Shown piece by piece: positions 40,550 to 51,797 of a DNA stretch of 63,843 nucleotides (position 1 is the stretch's first letter; each line of letters opens with the position of its first letter). The DNA comes from Sulfurovum sp. (GTDB lineage Bacteria > Campylobacterota > Campylobacteria > Campylobacterales > Sulfurovaceae): contig CBFHPE010000001.1 of assembly GCA_965657515.1 (NCBI GenBank), positions 1-63,843 on the forward strand, read 5' to 3'. Under the pieces are notes generated by a model that saw only the letters and a list, made by a program, of their open reading frames with translations, had not been told where the DNA came from and made no database searches. The position numbers and the translations under genes are program-made.

Positions 40550-41344
40550 ATGAATTTTACCCATATAACAGATATACATGCCAAAGAACTTGCACTTTAC
40601 CATCAATTCAGAGAAAATGCTTTTAGAAGCGATGGAAGCTTCATTGCAGACAGTCCTAAAGTAGTTAACCTGCTTTTAGAAGAAGGGATAGAAGTGAAAA
40701 GTATTCTTGCTACACAGGAATACTATGATAATCACCATGCATTGATCGAAAACCTTAAGGATGTAACTCTCTATCTAGCAGACAAAGAACAGATGCAAAA
40801 CATCGTGGGACACAAGATACACCATAATGTTATGATGCATGGTATACGCCCAAAAGAGACTCCATTGGATGCATTAGGTGATCATATCATTATGTTAGAT
40901 GAGATAAGTTCTACTCAAAATATAGGTGCTATCGCCCGTTCTGCTGCTGCAATTGGTATAAACTCTTATCTTATCCCATCTTTTGGCCCACACCCCTATT
41001 CTAGACGTGCATTGAGAGTCTCTATGGGACATATCTCTATGTTAAAAACGCATCTTTACTCTGATATCAAAGAGACTGTAAAAGCGTTAAAACAAAATGG
41101 TTACCGTATCTATGCTGCGGAAGTCACTGAAGGTTCCACTCCACTTAATGATGTAAAGATAACAGAGAAGTGGGTACTTCTTATGGGGCATGAAGGATCA
41201 GGTCTGTCATCTGAAGTCATTGAGTTGTGTGATGAAGTTGTTACTATAGAGATGATGCCAGGTATTAAAAGTTTTAACGTGGGTATCGCTGCTTCTATTA
41301 TGATGTATCAATTTAAACATGCAGAGCGTACAATTAAAAAGTGA
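40550..41344 (+). CDS. TrmH/SpoU family RNA methyltransferase
   Basis: NIGAIARSA, RVSMG, MGHEGSGL and SFNVGIAA. Confidence 0.9.
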   Translation: MNFTHITDIHAKELALYHQFRENAFRSDGSFIADSPKVVNLLLEEGIEVKSILATQEYYDNHHALIENLKDVTLYLADKEQMQNIVGHKIHHNVMMHGIRPKETPLDALGDHIIMLDEISSTQNIGAIARSAAAIGINSYLIPSFGPHPYSRRALRVSMGHISMLKTHLYSDIKETVKALKQNGYRIYAAEVTEGSTPLNDVKITEKWVLLMGHEGSGLSSEVIELCDEVVTIEMMPGIKSFNVGIAASIMMYQFKHAERTIKK

Positions 41345-41669
41345 TCACTTTCCAATCTCTCTGTAAAGAAGAAGTAAGCATCTCTCCAGTGTGCGTCATA
41401 TCTATATCCAAACTAGATAGTTTCTCTGTGACGCCATAGTCGTCACTACATACAACGCAACAAGAAAATTTCACGCCGGTCTCTTGTACTGTAGCAACCA
41501 TCTTCTGAAGTTCTGAATTTTCGGCTAAAAGTTTAGCAGAAGGACCCCATATCATCACATGTGCCTCATCCCAATACCCTCTTGGCAAAATAACACTTGC
41601 ATAGAGCAATACCATTTTTTTAGCCACTTCTATCTCAGCTGTACTCCATACGATGAGTAATTTATTCAT
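41334..41669 (-). CDS. DsrE family protein
   Basis: IWGPS, GV..SCCVVCSD.YGV and terminal VITF. Confidence 0.75.
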   Translation of the reverse strand: MNKLLIVWSTAEIEVAKKMVLLYASVILPRGYWDEAHVMIWGPSAKLLAENSELQKMVATVQETGVKFSCCVVCSDDYGVTEKLSSLDIDMTHTGEMLTSSLQRDWKVITF

Positions 41670-41709
41670 GTATTTTCCTGATAATGTAATGATGTATTAT
41701 AGTATTTAA

Positions 41710-41751
41710 AAGAAGAAAAAGAGAAATGTCAGAAAGTAAATACTCTCTGAC
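41710..41751 (-). terminator. Probable intrinsic terminator after purH
   Basis: Stem GTCAGA.AGTA/TACT.TCTGAC (41728-41751), followed by a U-rich tract on the minus strand. Confidence 0.6.
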
Positions 41752-41758
41752 CTAACGA

Positions 41759-43291
41759 TTAATGTAAAAAGTGTCTTACAGTTGTAAAGTAAAGTGAGAT
41801 GCCATGTTCATTGGCAGCTTCGATGACTTCATCATCTCTAATGCTTCCACCAGGTTCAATGATCACTTTAACCCCAGCTGCAGCTGCTGCATCAATACTG
41901 TCTCTAAATGGGAAGAATGCTTCAGATGCCATTGCAGCACCAGTGACATCCAGATCCATCTCTTTGGCTTTTTTAAGCGCACATTGTGCAGCATCTACAC
42001 GTGATGTCATACCCATACCCACTGCTACCATTGCTGAATCTTTTACATAGACAACACAGTTAGACTTCGTAAGACCAGCTACTTTCCATGCGATCTCAAG
42101 GTCTTTCATCTCTTGAGCTGATGCTGTAAGCTCTGACTTTTTCTGCGCATTATGCACTTCATTGTCACAGATACAGTCAGAGTTTTGATATACAAATCCA
42201 CCGTCTACATGTTTAAAGTCATGAGAATCCTCTGACATCACAAGTTTTGTTCCACCTTGAGCAAAAAGTTTAAGACGTTTTTTCTTCTCAAAAACTTCTA
42301 GTGCTTCAGGTTCAAAATCTGCAGCCATTACTACTTCCAAGAAGATCTCATTCATCTTCTCAGCAAGCTCTTTAGTAACGATACCATTTACAGCAACTAC
42401 ACCGCCAAAGGCAGAAACAGGATCACATTTAAGTGCTTCCGTATATGATTCAAGAAGTGAGCCTTTAATGGCAAAACCACAAGGGTTACCATGTTTTACG
42501 ATACATACTGCATCTTCATCACCAAAACTGGATGCGATCTTCAGTGCTCCATTCACATCATTGATGTTGTTAAAAGATGCTTCACCTTTTACTTGTTTAA
42601 AGTTATTACTAAAGTGTGCATCAAATTCATACAATGCACCTTTTTGGTGTGGGTTCTCTCCATAACGTGTTTGGAAAGATTTTTTACCGGTAATGAACTG
42701 ATACTCACCAAAACCATCATTAAATCTGCCATTCATGTAGTTTGCTATCATCGAGTCATACGCTGCTGTGTGTTCAAAAGCTTTGATCATCAACCCTCTT
42801 CTGAACTCAAGTGTATCTTCTTTACTCTCAAGCGCATTTAGTACAGCACCATAATCATTTGCATCTGTAACGATGAGTACATCATTAAAATTCTTCGCAG
42901 CAGACCGTACCATCGTCGGTCCACCAATGTCAATGTTCTCAATGATCTCATCAAAGTCTTCCGTTCTCTCGATCGTCTCTTTGAATGGGTAAAGGTTTAC
43001 ACATACAAGATCTATGCCTTCAACACCAAGCTCTTTGGCTTGCGCTACATGTGCATCATCACCTCTTTTGTGTAAAATTCCACCGTGTACGTAAGGGTTT
43101 AACGTTTTTACACGCCCTTCAAAACACTCTGGAAACTTTGTTACTTCATCTATCTCGATGACTTTTACACCTGCTACATTTAGCTTTTTATATGTTCCAC
43201 CTGTTGAGATGATCTCCCAACCTTGACTCTCTAAACCTTGTGCAAACTCTACAATACCTGCTTTGTCACTTACGCTCAATAATGCTCTCAT
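41759..43291 (-). CDS. purH: Bifunctional AICAR formyltransferase/IMP cyclohydrolase
   Basis: [29 protein letters not shown] and terminal RHFLH. Confidence 0.98.
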   Translation of the reverse strand: MRALLSVSDKAGIVEFAQGLESQGWEIISTGGTYKKLNVAGVKVIEIDEVTKFPECFEGRVKTLNPYVHGGILHKRGDDAHVAQAKELGVEGIDLVCVNLYPFKETIERTEDFDEIIENIDIGGPTMVRSAAKNFNDVLIVTDANDYGAVLNALESKEDTLEFRRGLMIKAFEHTAAYDSMIANYMNGRFNDGFGEYQFITGKKSFQTRYGENPHQKGALYEFDAHFSNNFKQVKGEASFNNINDVNGALKIASSFGDEDAVCIVKHGNPCGFAIKGSLLESYTEALKCDPVSAFGGVVAVNGIVTKELAEKMNEIFLEVVMAADFEPEALEVFEKKKRLKLFAQGGTKLVMSEDSHDFKHVDGGFVYQNSDCICDNEVHNAQKKSELTASAQEMKDLEIAWKVAGLTKSNCVVYVKDSAMVAVGMGMTSRVDAAQCALKKAKEMDLDVTGAAMASEAFFPFRDSIDAAAAAGVKVIIEPGGSIRDDEVIEAANEHGISLYFTTVRHFLH

Positions 43292-43299
43292 ACCTACCC

Positions 43300-45522
43300 T
43301 TATATGTCTTGTTCTATTGTTTTTTCAAAAGTATTAAAGTAAATATCTTTTACTTTATCAAGTGGAAGTTCCACATCATTTACTTTTACTTTATCTCCAC
43401 CTACAGAACCAATGTTTGTTACATAGACACCTAATGAAGCTGCTAGATGTACCATCTCAACCAAGTTTTCAGAAGAGACTTCTACCAATGCTCTACTTTG
43501 TGATTCATCGAAAATATCTTTACTGTTATTAACAGAAACATTTGTTACGATACCTTTACTTGATGTAGCTGCCATTTTTGAAAGTGCTATGGCTACACCA
43601 CCAATATTCACATCTTTTGCAGACTTAAGCAATCCTTTTTTGTTTGCTTCGATCACGATCTCCCAAAGTGCAAGCTCTGCCTTGTAATCAAACTCAGGAA
43701 GAGAACCTGTTGTTTCACCATGGAGTGCTTTAACGTACAATGATCCACCAAACTCACCTTTAGTTTCCCCTAAAAGTAATATCTGTGATCCCTCTTCCTG
43801 GAATGTTGAAGGCAATACTTTGTTTTCGTCATCGTTAAGTCCTACCATAGCAATAGCAGGTGTAGGGAATACAGAAACCCCATTGGTTTCATTATAAAGT
43901 GATACATTTCCAGATACTACAGGTGTCTCAAGTGCTAAACACGCTTCTTTGATACCTTCACATGATTGTGCAAACTGCCACATTACTTCCGGGTTCTCAG
44001 GGTTACCAAAGTTAAGACAGTCTGTAATAGAAAGTGGTCTAGCTCCAGACATCGCAACATTACGTCCCGACTCAACTACTGCAAGAGCAGCACCTTTATA
44101 TGGGTCTATGTAACAGTAACGAGGGTTACAGTCCGCTGACATTGACAAAGCTTTTCCATTCTCTTTGATACGGATACACGATGCATCCAAGCTTCCCGGT
44201 GCTTTAGTAGTGTTTGTCTGTACCATAGAGTCATACTGATTGTATACCCAGGCTTTGTCAGATATTTCAATGTTTGAAAGCATTGTTTCATATGCTTCTT
44301 GATCTGATACTGCAGGATAATCATTCACAGTTTTCGAATTTACTTCATCCAAATATGTTGGACGTGCTACAGGTCTGTCAAGAACTGGTGCTTCTTCACT
44401 CACTGGAGCGATAGGCATATCTGCACACTTCTCACCGTGCCACATAAGTTCCATTCGTGCAGTATCAGTTACTTCACCGATGACAGCAACATCAAGGTCC
44501 CATCTTTCAAAGATATCGATGATCGCTTGTTCAGACCCTTTTTTAGCACATATAAGCATACGTTCCTGAGATTCAGAAAGCATGAAGTCGTAAGGTGTCA
44601 TTCCCTCTTCACGTGCTGGCACTTGATCAAGATGCATGATAAGACCTGCACCTGTTTTCCCTGCCATTTCAAATGCAGATGAAGTAAGCCCAGCAGCACC
44701 CATATCCTGGATACCAACAACATGGTCTGTTTTAAAGAGTTCAAGACATGCTTCAAGCAATAACTTTTCTGTGAACGGGTCACCTACCTGTACTGTCGGT
44801 CGAAGCGACTTTGACTCTTCAGTAAATGAGTCTGAAGACATCACTGCCCCTCCAAGACCATCACGACCTGTCTTAGAACCAACATACATAACTGAGTTAC
44901 CTACACCTGAAGCCACACCAAGGAAGATCTCATCTGACTTTACAAGCCCTAGTGAAAATGCGTTTACAAGAATGTTTCCGTTGTATGATTCATCAAAACT
45001 CACTTCACCACCGATAGTAGGCACCCCCATACAGTTACCATAACTTCCTATTCCATCTACCACACCACGAACCAGGTGTCTTTGGTATTTAGCTATATCT
45101 GAGTCACCTTTTACTGTACCAAAACGTAAAGCATTGAGGTTTGCTACAGGTCTTGCACCCATAGTAAAGATATCACGGAGTATCCCACCTACACCTGTTG
45201 CAGCACCTTGAAATGGTTCGATGAATGATGGGTGGTTATGACTCTCCATTTTAAAAACAGCAGCCATACCATCACCAATATCAATCACTCCCGCATTTTC
45301 ACCTGGACCTTGAATGACCCATGGTGCCTCTGTAGGAAAACCTCTAAGGTATTTTGTACTTGATTTGTATGAACAGTGCTCAGACCACATCGCTGAGAAG
45401 ATACCTATTTCAACAATATTTGGGTGACGACCATCCAAGATACGTAAGATATCTTCATACTCTTCTTTGCTTAGTTTGTGATTTTTTAAAACTTCATCTA
45501 AATCTTCAACAGGTTGTGACAT
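43300..45522 (-). CDS. purL: Phosphoribosylformylglycinamidine synthase subunit PurL
   Basis: [24 protein letters not shown] and GNVSLYN. Confidence 0.98.
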   Translation of the reverse strand: MSQPVEDLDEVLKNHKLSKEEYEDILRILDGRHPNIVEIGIFSAMWSEHCSYKSSTKYLRGFPTEAPWVIQGPGENAGVIDIGDGMAAVFKMESHNHPSFIEPFQGAATGVGGILRDIFTMGARPVANLNALRFGTVKGDSDIAKYQRHLVRGVVDGIGSYGNCMGVPTIGGEVSFDESYNGNILVNAFSLGLVKSDEIFLGVASGVGNSVMYVGSKTGRDGLGGAVMSSDSFTEESKSLRPTVQVGDPFTEKLLLEACLELFKTDHVVGIQDMGAAGLTSSAFEMAGKTGAGLIMHLDQVPAREEGMTPYDFMLSESQERMLICAKKGSEQAIIDIFERWDLDVAVIGEVTDTARMELMWHGEKCADMPIAPVSEEAPVLDRPVARPTYLDEVNSKTVNDYPAVSDQEAYETMLSNIEISDKAWVYNQYDSMVQTNTTKAPGSLDASCIRIKENGKALSMSADCNPRYCYIDPYKGAALAVVESGRNVAMSGARPLSITDCLNFGNPENPEVMWQFAQSCEGIKEACLALETPVVSGNVSLYNETNGVSVFPTPAIAMVGLNDDENKVLPSTFQEEGSQILLLGETKGEFGGSLYVKALHGETTGSLPEFDYKAELALWEIVIEANKKGLLKSAKDVNIGGVAIALSKMAATSSKGIVTNVSVNNSKDIFDESQSRALVEVSSENLVEMVHLAASLGVYVTNIGSVGGDKVKVNDVELPLDKVKDIYFNTFEKTIEQDI

Positions 45523-45626
45523 ATAGTGCGTCCTTTAAGGCAGTAATTAAGGGTATTATTTTACTCAAAAAGTACTAAATAAGTGATGAAAAGGTAGAAT
45601 ATGTCATCATGAATTAAAGGCAATAA

Positions 45627-46307
45627 ATGGATAAGATTTTACAAATGCTAGAACTACAGCAACAACTCAATGATGCAACCAACGGTCTGGGCTGGGAAGA
45701 CGGTATGACAAAAAATGGTAAACCTATTGACTGGAAGCGCTGTACGTATCTTGAATGTGCTGAACTGATAGAGTCTTATCCTTGGAAACACTGGAAAAAT
45801 ATAGATGCAAAACCAGATTATGCCAACATCAAAATAGAAGCAGTAGATATTTGGCACTTCATCATGTCTCAAGGACTTGAAGATTATAAAAGAGGAGAAC
45901 TTGGAAGTATCGAGACACTTTCAAACAACATTAACTCTCTTGCAAACTTTTCTGCATTCTCTGGAGAAGTTCAAGAGACTTTTAAAGACTATTATGAGCA
46001 GATCGCTGTTGTAGAAGTACTAATGAAAACGATCTTTTGTGAGGGGTCAACGGAAAAACTTATGGCTGCATTTATAGATGTTGCTATGCAGTCAGGTCTA
46101 AACCTTGATGCCCTTTATAAACTTTACGTAGGTAAAAACATTTTAAATCAATTTAGACAAGACCATGGGTATAAAGAAGGTACTTACATCAAAATATGGA
46201 ATGGTGAAGAGGACAATGTTACTATGCAGGGTATTTTAGAAGGAAATGAAGAGATAAGCCCTGATGGACTTTACAAACAATTGGAAGAGGCTTATCCTAA
46301 CGCATAA
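45627..46307 (+). CDS. dut: Dimeric (all-alpha) dUTP diphosphatase
   Basis: ECAEL..YPWKHWK, IEAVDIWHF and YVGKN.LN.FRQ..GYKEG.Y.K.W.G.EDN. Confidence 0.9.
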   Translation: MDKILQMLELQQQLNDATNGLGWEDGMTKNGKPIDWKRCTYLECAELIESYPWKHWKNIDAKPDYANIKIEAVDIWHFIMSQGLEDYKRGELGSIETLSNNINSLANFSAFSGEVQETFKDYYEQIAVVEVLMKTIFCEGSTEKLMAAFIDVAMQSGLNLDALYKLYVGKNILNQFRQDHGYKEGTYIKIWNGEEDNVTMQGILEGNEEISPDGLYKQLEEAYPNA

Positions 46308-46319
46308 GCCTCTAGATGT

Positions 46320-46940
46320 TTACTCAGGTATCGTTGTCAGATCCTGTTCAACGATCTGATTTCCATACACACTTACTTTTGTAGCGATACGTATACTTTT
46401 TTCACTTTCATATCCACATGCTGTTCCACACTTCACTGTACCTATAAGATAGTAGCTTCCTGATGGTACACCGTAAAATGAGAATTTACCGCTAGAGTCT
46501 GCTGCAGTGAACTTTAGGTAGTTAAAGAGTCTGCCATCAGCTTTCTCCATCTTATTACCACCCAAGTAACTTGCTTCATACCATTGTTCCGAATAAGAAG
46601 TGACCGGATTCAAGTAAAGTCTTGTACCTCCACCAAAAACAGGACTCCCGTAAATGTCGTTGATATAGATCTTACCTGTGATAGTACCTCTACCTTTTCT
46701 TGGTAAATTTGAATACTCTGCAACAGGAAATTCAATACGTGCCATCCTCTCTTCACCATCTTCTGAGATCATTGTCTCAGACATAGTAAGATTATCATCA
46801 AGGTCAGAAAGGTCTACATCATCTGCACTTTTTTTATTCCACCAGGATTGTCCTCCAACTGCAACATCGGGCTGAACACAGCCGGTAACTAAGAACATAC
46901 CCATAAAAGAAAGTATCACAAACGTGACTATTTTAAACAT
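46320..46940 (-). CDS. Lipoprotein with carboxypeptidase-regulatory/transthyretin-like domain
   Basis: Lipobox LVTGC; LNPVTSYS..W and D..G.F.F..VP.G.YY. ATG 46940 follows GGAG. Confidence 0.7.
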   Translation of the reverse strand: MFKIVTFVILSFMGMFLVTGCVQPDVAVGGQSWWNKKSADDVDLSDLDDNLTMSETMISEDGEERMARIEFPVAEYSNLPRKGRGTITGKIYINDIYGSPVFGGGTRLYLNPVTSYSEQWYEASYLGGNKMEKADGRLFNYLKFTAADSSGKFSFYGVPSGSYYLIGTVKCGTACGYESEKSIRIATKVSVYGNQIVEQDLTTIPE

Positions 46941-46991
46941 TTTTTTCTCCAAATCTAATTTCTACATTATACATAATTAACTTTATAGATG

Positions 46992-47315
46992 CTACTTACA
47001 GTGCTTTTTCTTCAAGATTTTATCAATCATGTTTCTAGCATCTTCATCTCCTGAAAATGCTGCCCTCTGATACCAGAACGCAGCATCATTACAAGATCTT
47101 TTCACCATATTTCCTTTTTGAAAACGTTGTGCAAGTTTAAACTGTGACTCTTTTTCACCCTCTTTTGCAAAACGGTGAAGGTGTTTGATCTTTCGTTTTT
47201 CACCTTTATAATACTTCACCGTATTTCTCATGAACCACAAAGTAAAAACAATGAGAACAATAATCAGATAAAGCTCAATATTTTCAAAGTTTTTAAAAAA
47301 TTCTAATACTTCCAT
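46992..47315 (-). CDS. Membrane-anchored Sel1-repeat protein
   Basis: One TM, then AKEG..SQF.LA..G......A..WY..AA..G. ATG lies just after the mnmE stop. Confidence 0.75.
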   Translation of the reverse strand: MEVLEFFKNFENIELYLIIVLIVFTLWFMRNTVKYYKGEKRKIKHLHRFAKEGEKESQFKLAQRFQKGNMVKRSCNDAAFWYQRAAFSGDEDARNMIDKILKKKHCK

Positions 47316-47316
47316 A

Positions 47317-48660
47317 CTATTTCCCCAAACAAAATTCGCCGAACATTTTATCCAATATCTCTTCACTATCAAACGGCTTTGAGATAGATGAAATGGCCTT
47401 TACAGCTTCTTGTAAATGGTAAGAAAAGAACTCAAGTTCTCCATCTATCAATGGTATTTTAGCTGCCAATATAGATGCTTTAGCCTGATTTACAGCTTCT
47501 ATCTGTCGTGCAGAGATCAGCATCAATTCTTCTCCTTCACCTATACCATCAAGTAATGATTCAAGCCTCGTTGTGAGTTTTTCAAAAGCTCTTTTAGCAC
47601 TCACTTCTATCATATTATAACATTGAAGCTTGTCTACATCAAAATGCTTTTCAAGATCAGACTTATTTAATGCCACTATGGTTTGTTTATCTACATCAAG
47701 AGAATCAAGAATGGATAGTATCTTTGCATCCTCCTCATCAAAAGCTCTTGAAGCATCAAAAAGTGCGATGATCACATCTGCATCCCCAACAGAAGACAAT
47801 GAACGCTCTATCCCTATCTTTTCGATAGTGTCTTCAGATTCACGAATTCCTGCTGTGTCTACCAGTCTTATAATGTGTGAACCTATACGTACCTGTTCTT
47901 CTATGGTATCTCTGGTTGTTCCTGCAATGTCTGAGACAATAGCTCTATCATACGAAAGTAAAGCATTAAGAAGGGAGCTTTTACCCACATTTGGTTTCCC
48001 TATGATGGCAACTTTAAAGCCTTCTATGAGACCTCTTCGTCTATGACTTGCATCAACGATCTGTTCTATCTTTGCAGTTAATCCATCCAATTGGGTAATA
48101 ATACTCTGCATAATGTCATCAGGGATGTCTTCTTCTGCATAGTCTATCATTACTTCAGAGTATGCAAGTGACCGTAATAAGGCCTCTCTACTCTCATCTA
48201 CAAAAACTTTGAGCTCACCCTTCATCTGTTTAGCAAGTATCTTGGCGGCATCTACTGATTTGGCTTCTATCAGTTTAGAGATAGCTTCTGCTTCGGTGAG
48301 GTCTATTTTGCCATTCAAAAATGCCCGTTTTGAAAATTCTCCAGGCTCAGCAAGTCGCACACCATAAGAAGTGATCGTATCTAAGATCTCTTGGGCAACG
48401 ATCATTCCACCATGACATTGAAACTCTACGATCTCTTCACCCGTAAAACTGTGAGGTGCAGCAAAATAGATCATAATAGCCTGATCTATCAGATCATTTT
48501 TGGCTGTATAAAGTGAAGTAAGATGTGCGTATCTTGGGGTTATTTGATCAAGGTGTGATACCTTTTGAGCTATCTCTAAAGCTGCACTTCCGCTTACTCG
48601 AATAATCGAGATGGAAGAGACACCATGCGCCGTGGCAATAGCTGCTATAGAGTTATGCAT
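47317..48660 (-). CDS. mnmE: tRNA modification GTPase
   Basis: IAAIAT, SFTGE, GKPNVGKSS, GTTRD, DTAG and C-terminal FCLGK. Confidence 0.98.
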   Translation of the reverse strand: MHNSIAAIATAHGVSSISIIRVSGSAALEIAQKVSHLDQITPRYAHLTSLYTAKNDLIDQAIMIYFAAPHSFTGEEIVEFQCHGGMIVAQEILDTITSYGVRLAEPGEFSKRAFLNGKIDLTEAEAISKLIEAKSVDAAKILAKQMKGELKVFVDESREALLRSLAYSEVMIDYAEEDIPDDIMQSIITQLDGLTAKIEQIVDASHRRRGLIEGFKVAIIGKPNVGKSSLLNALLSYDRAIVSDIAGTTRDTIEEQVRIGSHIIRLVDTAGIRESEDTIEKIGIERSLSSVGDADVIIALFDASRAFDEEDAKILSILDSLDVDKQTIVALNKSDLEKHFDVDKLQCYNMIEVSAKRAFEKLTTRLESLLDGIGEGEELMLISARQIEAVNQAKASILAAKIPLIDGELEFFSYHLQEAVKAISSISKPFDSEEILDKMFGEFCLGK

Positions 48661-48665
48661 AATTC

Positions 48666-49556
48666 TTAGTTTTTACTTTTCGAAGGATTATTAAATTCAT
48701 TGATCACAACAAACTTTTTACCCTCTTTACTTGTTTTGACTGCTACATATTTATCAGGAAATCTTTCACGCAGTTGTTCAAGTGCTATTTGTACTAAAAT
48801 ACCATCAAGAAAACGGGTCTTCGCTTTTCCATTTTTTTCTACATTCTCAATCACAGGTTTGATGTAATTACGTATCATCTCTTGTTGCGTAGTTAAAAAC
48901 TCTGCAATCTCCACTTTAATAAACAGTTCATACTTGGTATGTAACCAGTTAAAAAGCATATAAGAGAGAGCATTATAACGATACCCCTCTTTTCCTATAA
49001 GGAGTGCAGCATCTTCTCCATCTATAAAGATCAATGCTGTGTTGTCACGTACATCTACTTCTACCACATCAATATCAAAACAGGAATGCCCAAGCAACTC
49101 TTTAAGTTGTGTTTCTATGAGCTGTCCTAGCTCATCATACACAACACTTTCTTCTTCATATTCTTCAACTTCGTTTTCAGGTTCATCATTGGATGCGGGT
49201 TCAAAAAAGCTATCAAGTACAGCATCACGTTCCTGTACCGGCTCCTCATCATCTACTTTATCATCTGTCGCTTGCTTCTCATTTATGTTGCTAGCTTGTA
49301 CTGTTGCAAGTATCTCAGAAGCTACACTCTCTTCTTCAGTTGGATAAGTTTCTTTGACTTTAGTATTCGTATTTGTATCTTTTGATACAGAGTTTTTACA
49401 TGTTGCCACAATGATGGCATTTTTTTTCATAAACCCAAGGATACCGTTTGAAGGATGTTGCACAACTTCATATTGAAGTTCAGAAATAGAACATTCTAAC
49501 ACTTCAGAGGCTTTTGTGTATGCCTCTTCAAGTGTTGGTGCTTCAACCTTCTGCAT
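48666..49556 (-). CDS. jag: Jag/KhpB (EloR) RNA-binding protein
   Basis: Jag_N domain (EA.TLEEA...GILG), KH motif LLIGKEG; lies between yidC and mnmE. Confidence 0.85.
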   Translation of the reverse strand: MQKVEAPTLEEAYTKASEVLECSISELQYEVVQHPSNGILGFMKKNAIIVATCKNSVSKDTNTNTKVKETYPTEEESVASEILATVQASNINEKQATDDKVDDEEPVQERDAVLDSFFEPASNDEPENEVEEYEEESVVYDELGQLIETQLKELLGHSCFDIDVVEVDVRDNTALIFIDGEDAALLIGKEGYRYNALSYMLFNWLHTKYELFIKVEIAEFLTTQQEMIRNYIKPVIENVEKNGKAKTRFLDGILVQIALEQLRERFPDKYVAVKTSKEGKKFVVINEFNNPSKSKN

Positions 49557-51160
49557 TACTTATCCTTTCCCTTTTTATGTGCTGCTACAGCTGCTGCTTT
49601 TTGTTTTGCATACATATGGTTGATGAAGTATTGTTGTGCAATAGTAAAGAGGTTATTCACTAACCAGTAAAGGACAAGACCTGACGGGAAGTAGATAAAG
49701 AACACTGTCATGATCAGAGGGAACCACTTAAAGATCTTCTCTTGTAGAGGATCAGTAAAGTTCGTTGGCGTGATCTTTTGTTGGAACCACATAGAAGCAC
49801 CCATGAGTACAGGAAGTACAAAATACGGATCCATGATCGCAAGGTCTTCTATCCATAGGATCCATGGAGCACCTTGAAGTTCAACGGCATTTAAAAGTAC
49901 ACGGTAAAGTGCAAAGAATACAGGAATTTGAAGGATCAAAGGAAGACACCCGCCCATTGGATTTGCGCCATGTTTCTTATACATCTCCATCATCTGTGCG
50001 TTCATCTTTGCTGGATCACCCTTGTATTTCTCTTTGATATCTTTCATCTTAGGTGCAAGGTCTTTAAGCTTTTGCATAGACATCATACCTTTGTATGAAA
50101 GTGGGAATAACACAAACTTTACAAGAAGTGTAAAGAGTATGATCGCCCATCCCCAATTACCTACATAATTGTTTATCCATAAAAGAACTTTATAAAAAGG
50201 TGTTGCTAAAAATGAGAAGAATCCAAATTCGATCGCATCCGTAAGCTCAGGATGAATATTTTTAAGTATTTCATGATCTTTTGGACCAATATATGCATTC
50301 AATTTGATACTTTGATCAGCCTGAATAAATATAAGTGGATCATCATTTTTTTCTTTCAAGATAGAAACATTCAAACCTTTGTCAAAATCAAAGAACATTG
50401 AAGCAACATATCTGTCAAAAGAAGAAGCGATCTTTGCATTTTGGAACTTTTCATATCCTTCAGCATCACCATCTTCGATCGTATTAATGATATCATCAGC
50501 ACCTTTTATCAAAGCACCTCTTACAAGCATATACATAGACTGATCTGCTACCGGTCTATATCCTGGAGTCACAAAGTATGGTGTTTCTACAGAGGTCTCT
50601 ATGTTAACTTCATATTGACCTGTAGGTTTAAATGTGATCTTCTTTGTTACAGTCATTGTGGAAAGTGTTTGCGTAAGTGTCAGTGTCTGTGCACTTGAAC
50701 TTACATCTATTACTTTACTACCTGTATTTACATAAGGTGTTTTAAATGCTTCTTCATTCAGTTTTGCATCCGAAAACCTTACTTCCAATGGCTTTACTTC
50801 ATTCACATTCAGTATTTTTAAGTTGTTACCATCTTCATCATGATATTTTGCCTCAAGCAATTCCATTTGTGCAATACGTCCAAGTTCATCTACCGTAATG
50901 ATAAAATGATCAGCTTTAATAGTTGCCAGTCCTGGTGAAGTCATTTGAACTGGTGCACTTGCTACTGCAGATGAAGAAGTAGGTGTTGGTGTTGCATTAC
51001 CTTGTTTATCTACTGTAGGTGTTTGGTGTGCGGTATTTGACGCTTGCTGAGTAGTTTCTGTTGGTTGTTGTGCCGGGAAAAAATAGCTGTAACCTACAAA
51101 TACGAAAAATGAGAGTGCCAGTGCTAGAAGAAGTCGTTTATTTAGATCTTGTTGTTCCAA
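49556..51160 (-). CDS. yidC: Membrane protein insertase
   Basis: GNWGWAII, NPMGGCLP..Q.P, WI.DL..DP and GLVLYW. Confidence 0.97.
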   Translation of the reverse strand: MEQQDLNKRLLLALALSFFVFVGYSYFFPAQQPTETTQQASNTAHQTPTVDKQGNATPTPTSSSAVASAPVQMTSPGLATIKADHFIITVDELGRIAQMELLEAKYHDEDGNNLKILNVNEVKPLEVRFSDAKLNEEAFKTPYVNTGSKVIDVSSSAQTLTLTQTLSTMTVTKKITFKPTGQYEVNIETSVETPYFVTPGYRPVADQSMYMLVRGALIKGADDIINTIEDGDAEGYEKFQNAKIASSFDRYVASMFFDFDKGLNVSILKEKNDDPLIFIQADQSIKLNAYIGPKDHEILKNIHPELTDAIEFGFFSFLATPFYKVLLWINNYVGNWGWAIILFTLLVKFVLFPLSYKGMMSMQKLKDLAPKMKDIKEKYKGDPAKMNAQMMEMYKKHGANPMGGCLPLILQIPVFFALYRVLLNAVELQGAPWILWIEDLAIMDPYFVLPVLMGASMWFQQKITPTNFTDPLQEKIFKWFPLIMTVFFIYFPSGLVLYWLVNNLFTIAQQYFINHMYAKQKAAAVAAHKKGKDK

Positions 51161-51199
51161 AGTTTTACCTTTTATAATTTATAGTCTATAAGTATAGTA

Positions 51200-51535
51200 T
51201 TAAATGGCTGAACATTTTTTAAGTGCATGGAGAAACGCTTTGCGAGTCACTTGGTAATTTTCGTCTATGAGTGCAGGTTTTGCAACCAAGACATAAGAAC
51301 CATGAGATAAGAGGTCAGTATTTTCGATGAAGTGTGCTCTTAACAAACGTTTTGCTCTGTTTCGATGTACTGCATTTCCAATTTTTTTGGAGGCTACGAA
51401 CCCCACTTTGTACAGATCGTTTTTTTTATAAAAAAGTACAAAATACGGTGTATGCCATGTTTTTGTTGCGTGTTTGTACACGCTGTTGAACTCTTTACCT
51501 GTTTGAATCCGAGTAAAGTGTTTTATTGAACTGAT
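51200..51535 (-). CDS. rnpA: Ribonuclease P protein component (start uncertain: ATC 51535 proposed, first canonical start GTG 51481)
   Basis: GF.ASKKIGNAVHRNRAKRLLR (RNR motif). The N-terminal RIQTGKEFNSVY segment lies upstream of the first canonical start. Confidence 0.88.
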   Translation of the reverse strand: MSSIKHFTRIQTGKEFNSVYKHATKTWHTPYFVLFYKKNDLYKVGFVASKKIGNAVHRNRAKRLLRAHFIENTDLLSHGSYVLVAKPALIDENYQVTRKAFLHALKKCSAI

Positions 51536-51553
51536 GGTATTGATCCACTGTCT

Positions 51554-51688
51554 CTATACAGATAGTCTTTTTCTACCTTTAGCTCTTCTTGCATTGATCA
51601 CTTTTCTACCGTTTTTAGTTTTCATTCTTGTTCTAAATCCGTGTGTTCTCTTTCTTGGTGTACTATGTGGTTGGTATGTTCTTTTCAT
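51554..51688 (-). CDS. rpmH: 50S ribosomal protein L34 (absent from the ORF track)
   Basis: Translated by hand: [44 protein letters not shown]. Confidence 0.97.
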   Translation of the reverse strand: MKRTYQPHSTPRKRTHGFRTRMKTKNGRKVINARRAKGRKRLSV

Positions 51689-51797
51689 TCCAAATCATCC
51701 TTAAATAATTTTTACCATCATCTCTGAGGTATATTTGGACGCGATTTTACCTGAAATGGCCTTAAATTCAAATGATTCACTAAAAGCACTTCCAAGT

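Noticed and set aside
51689-51797. Possible oriC next to rpmH
   Set aside because: There is no dnaA in the window and I saw no cluster of DnaA boxes.
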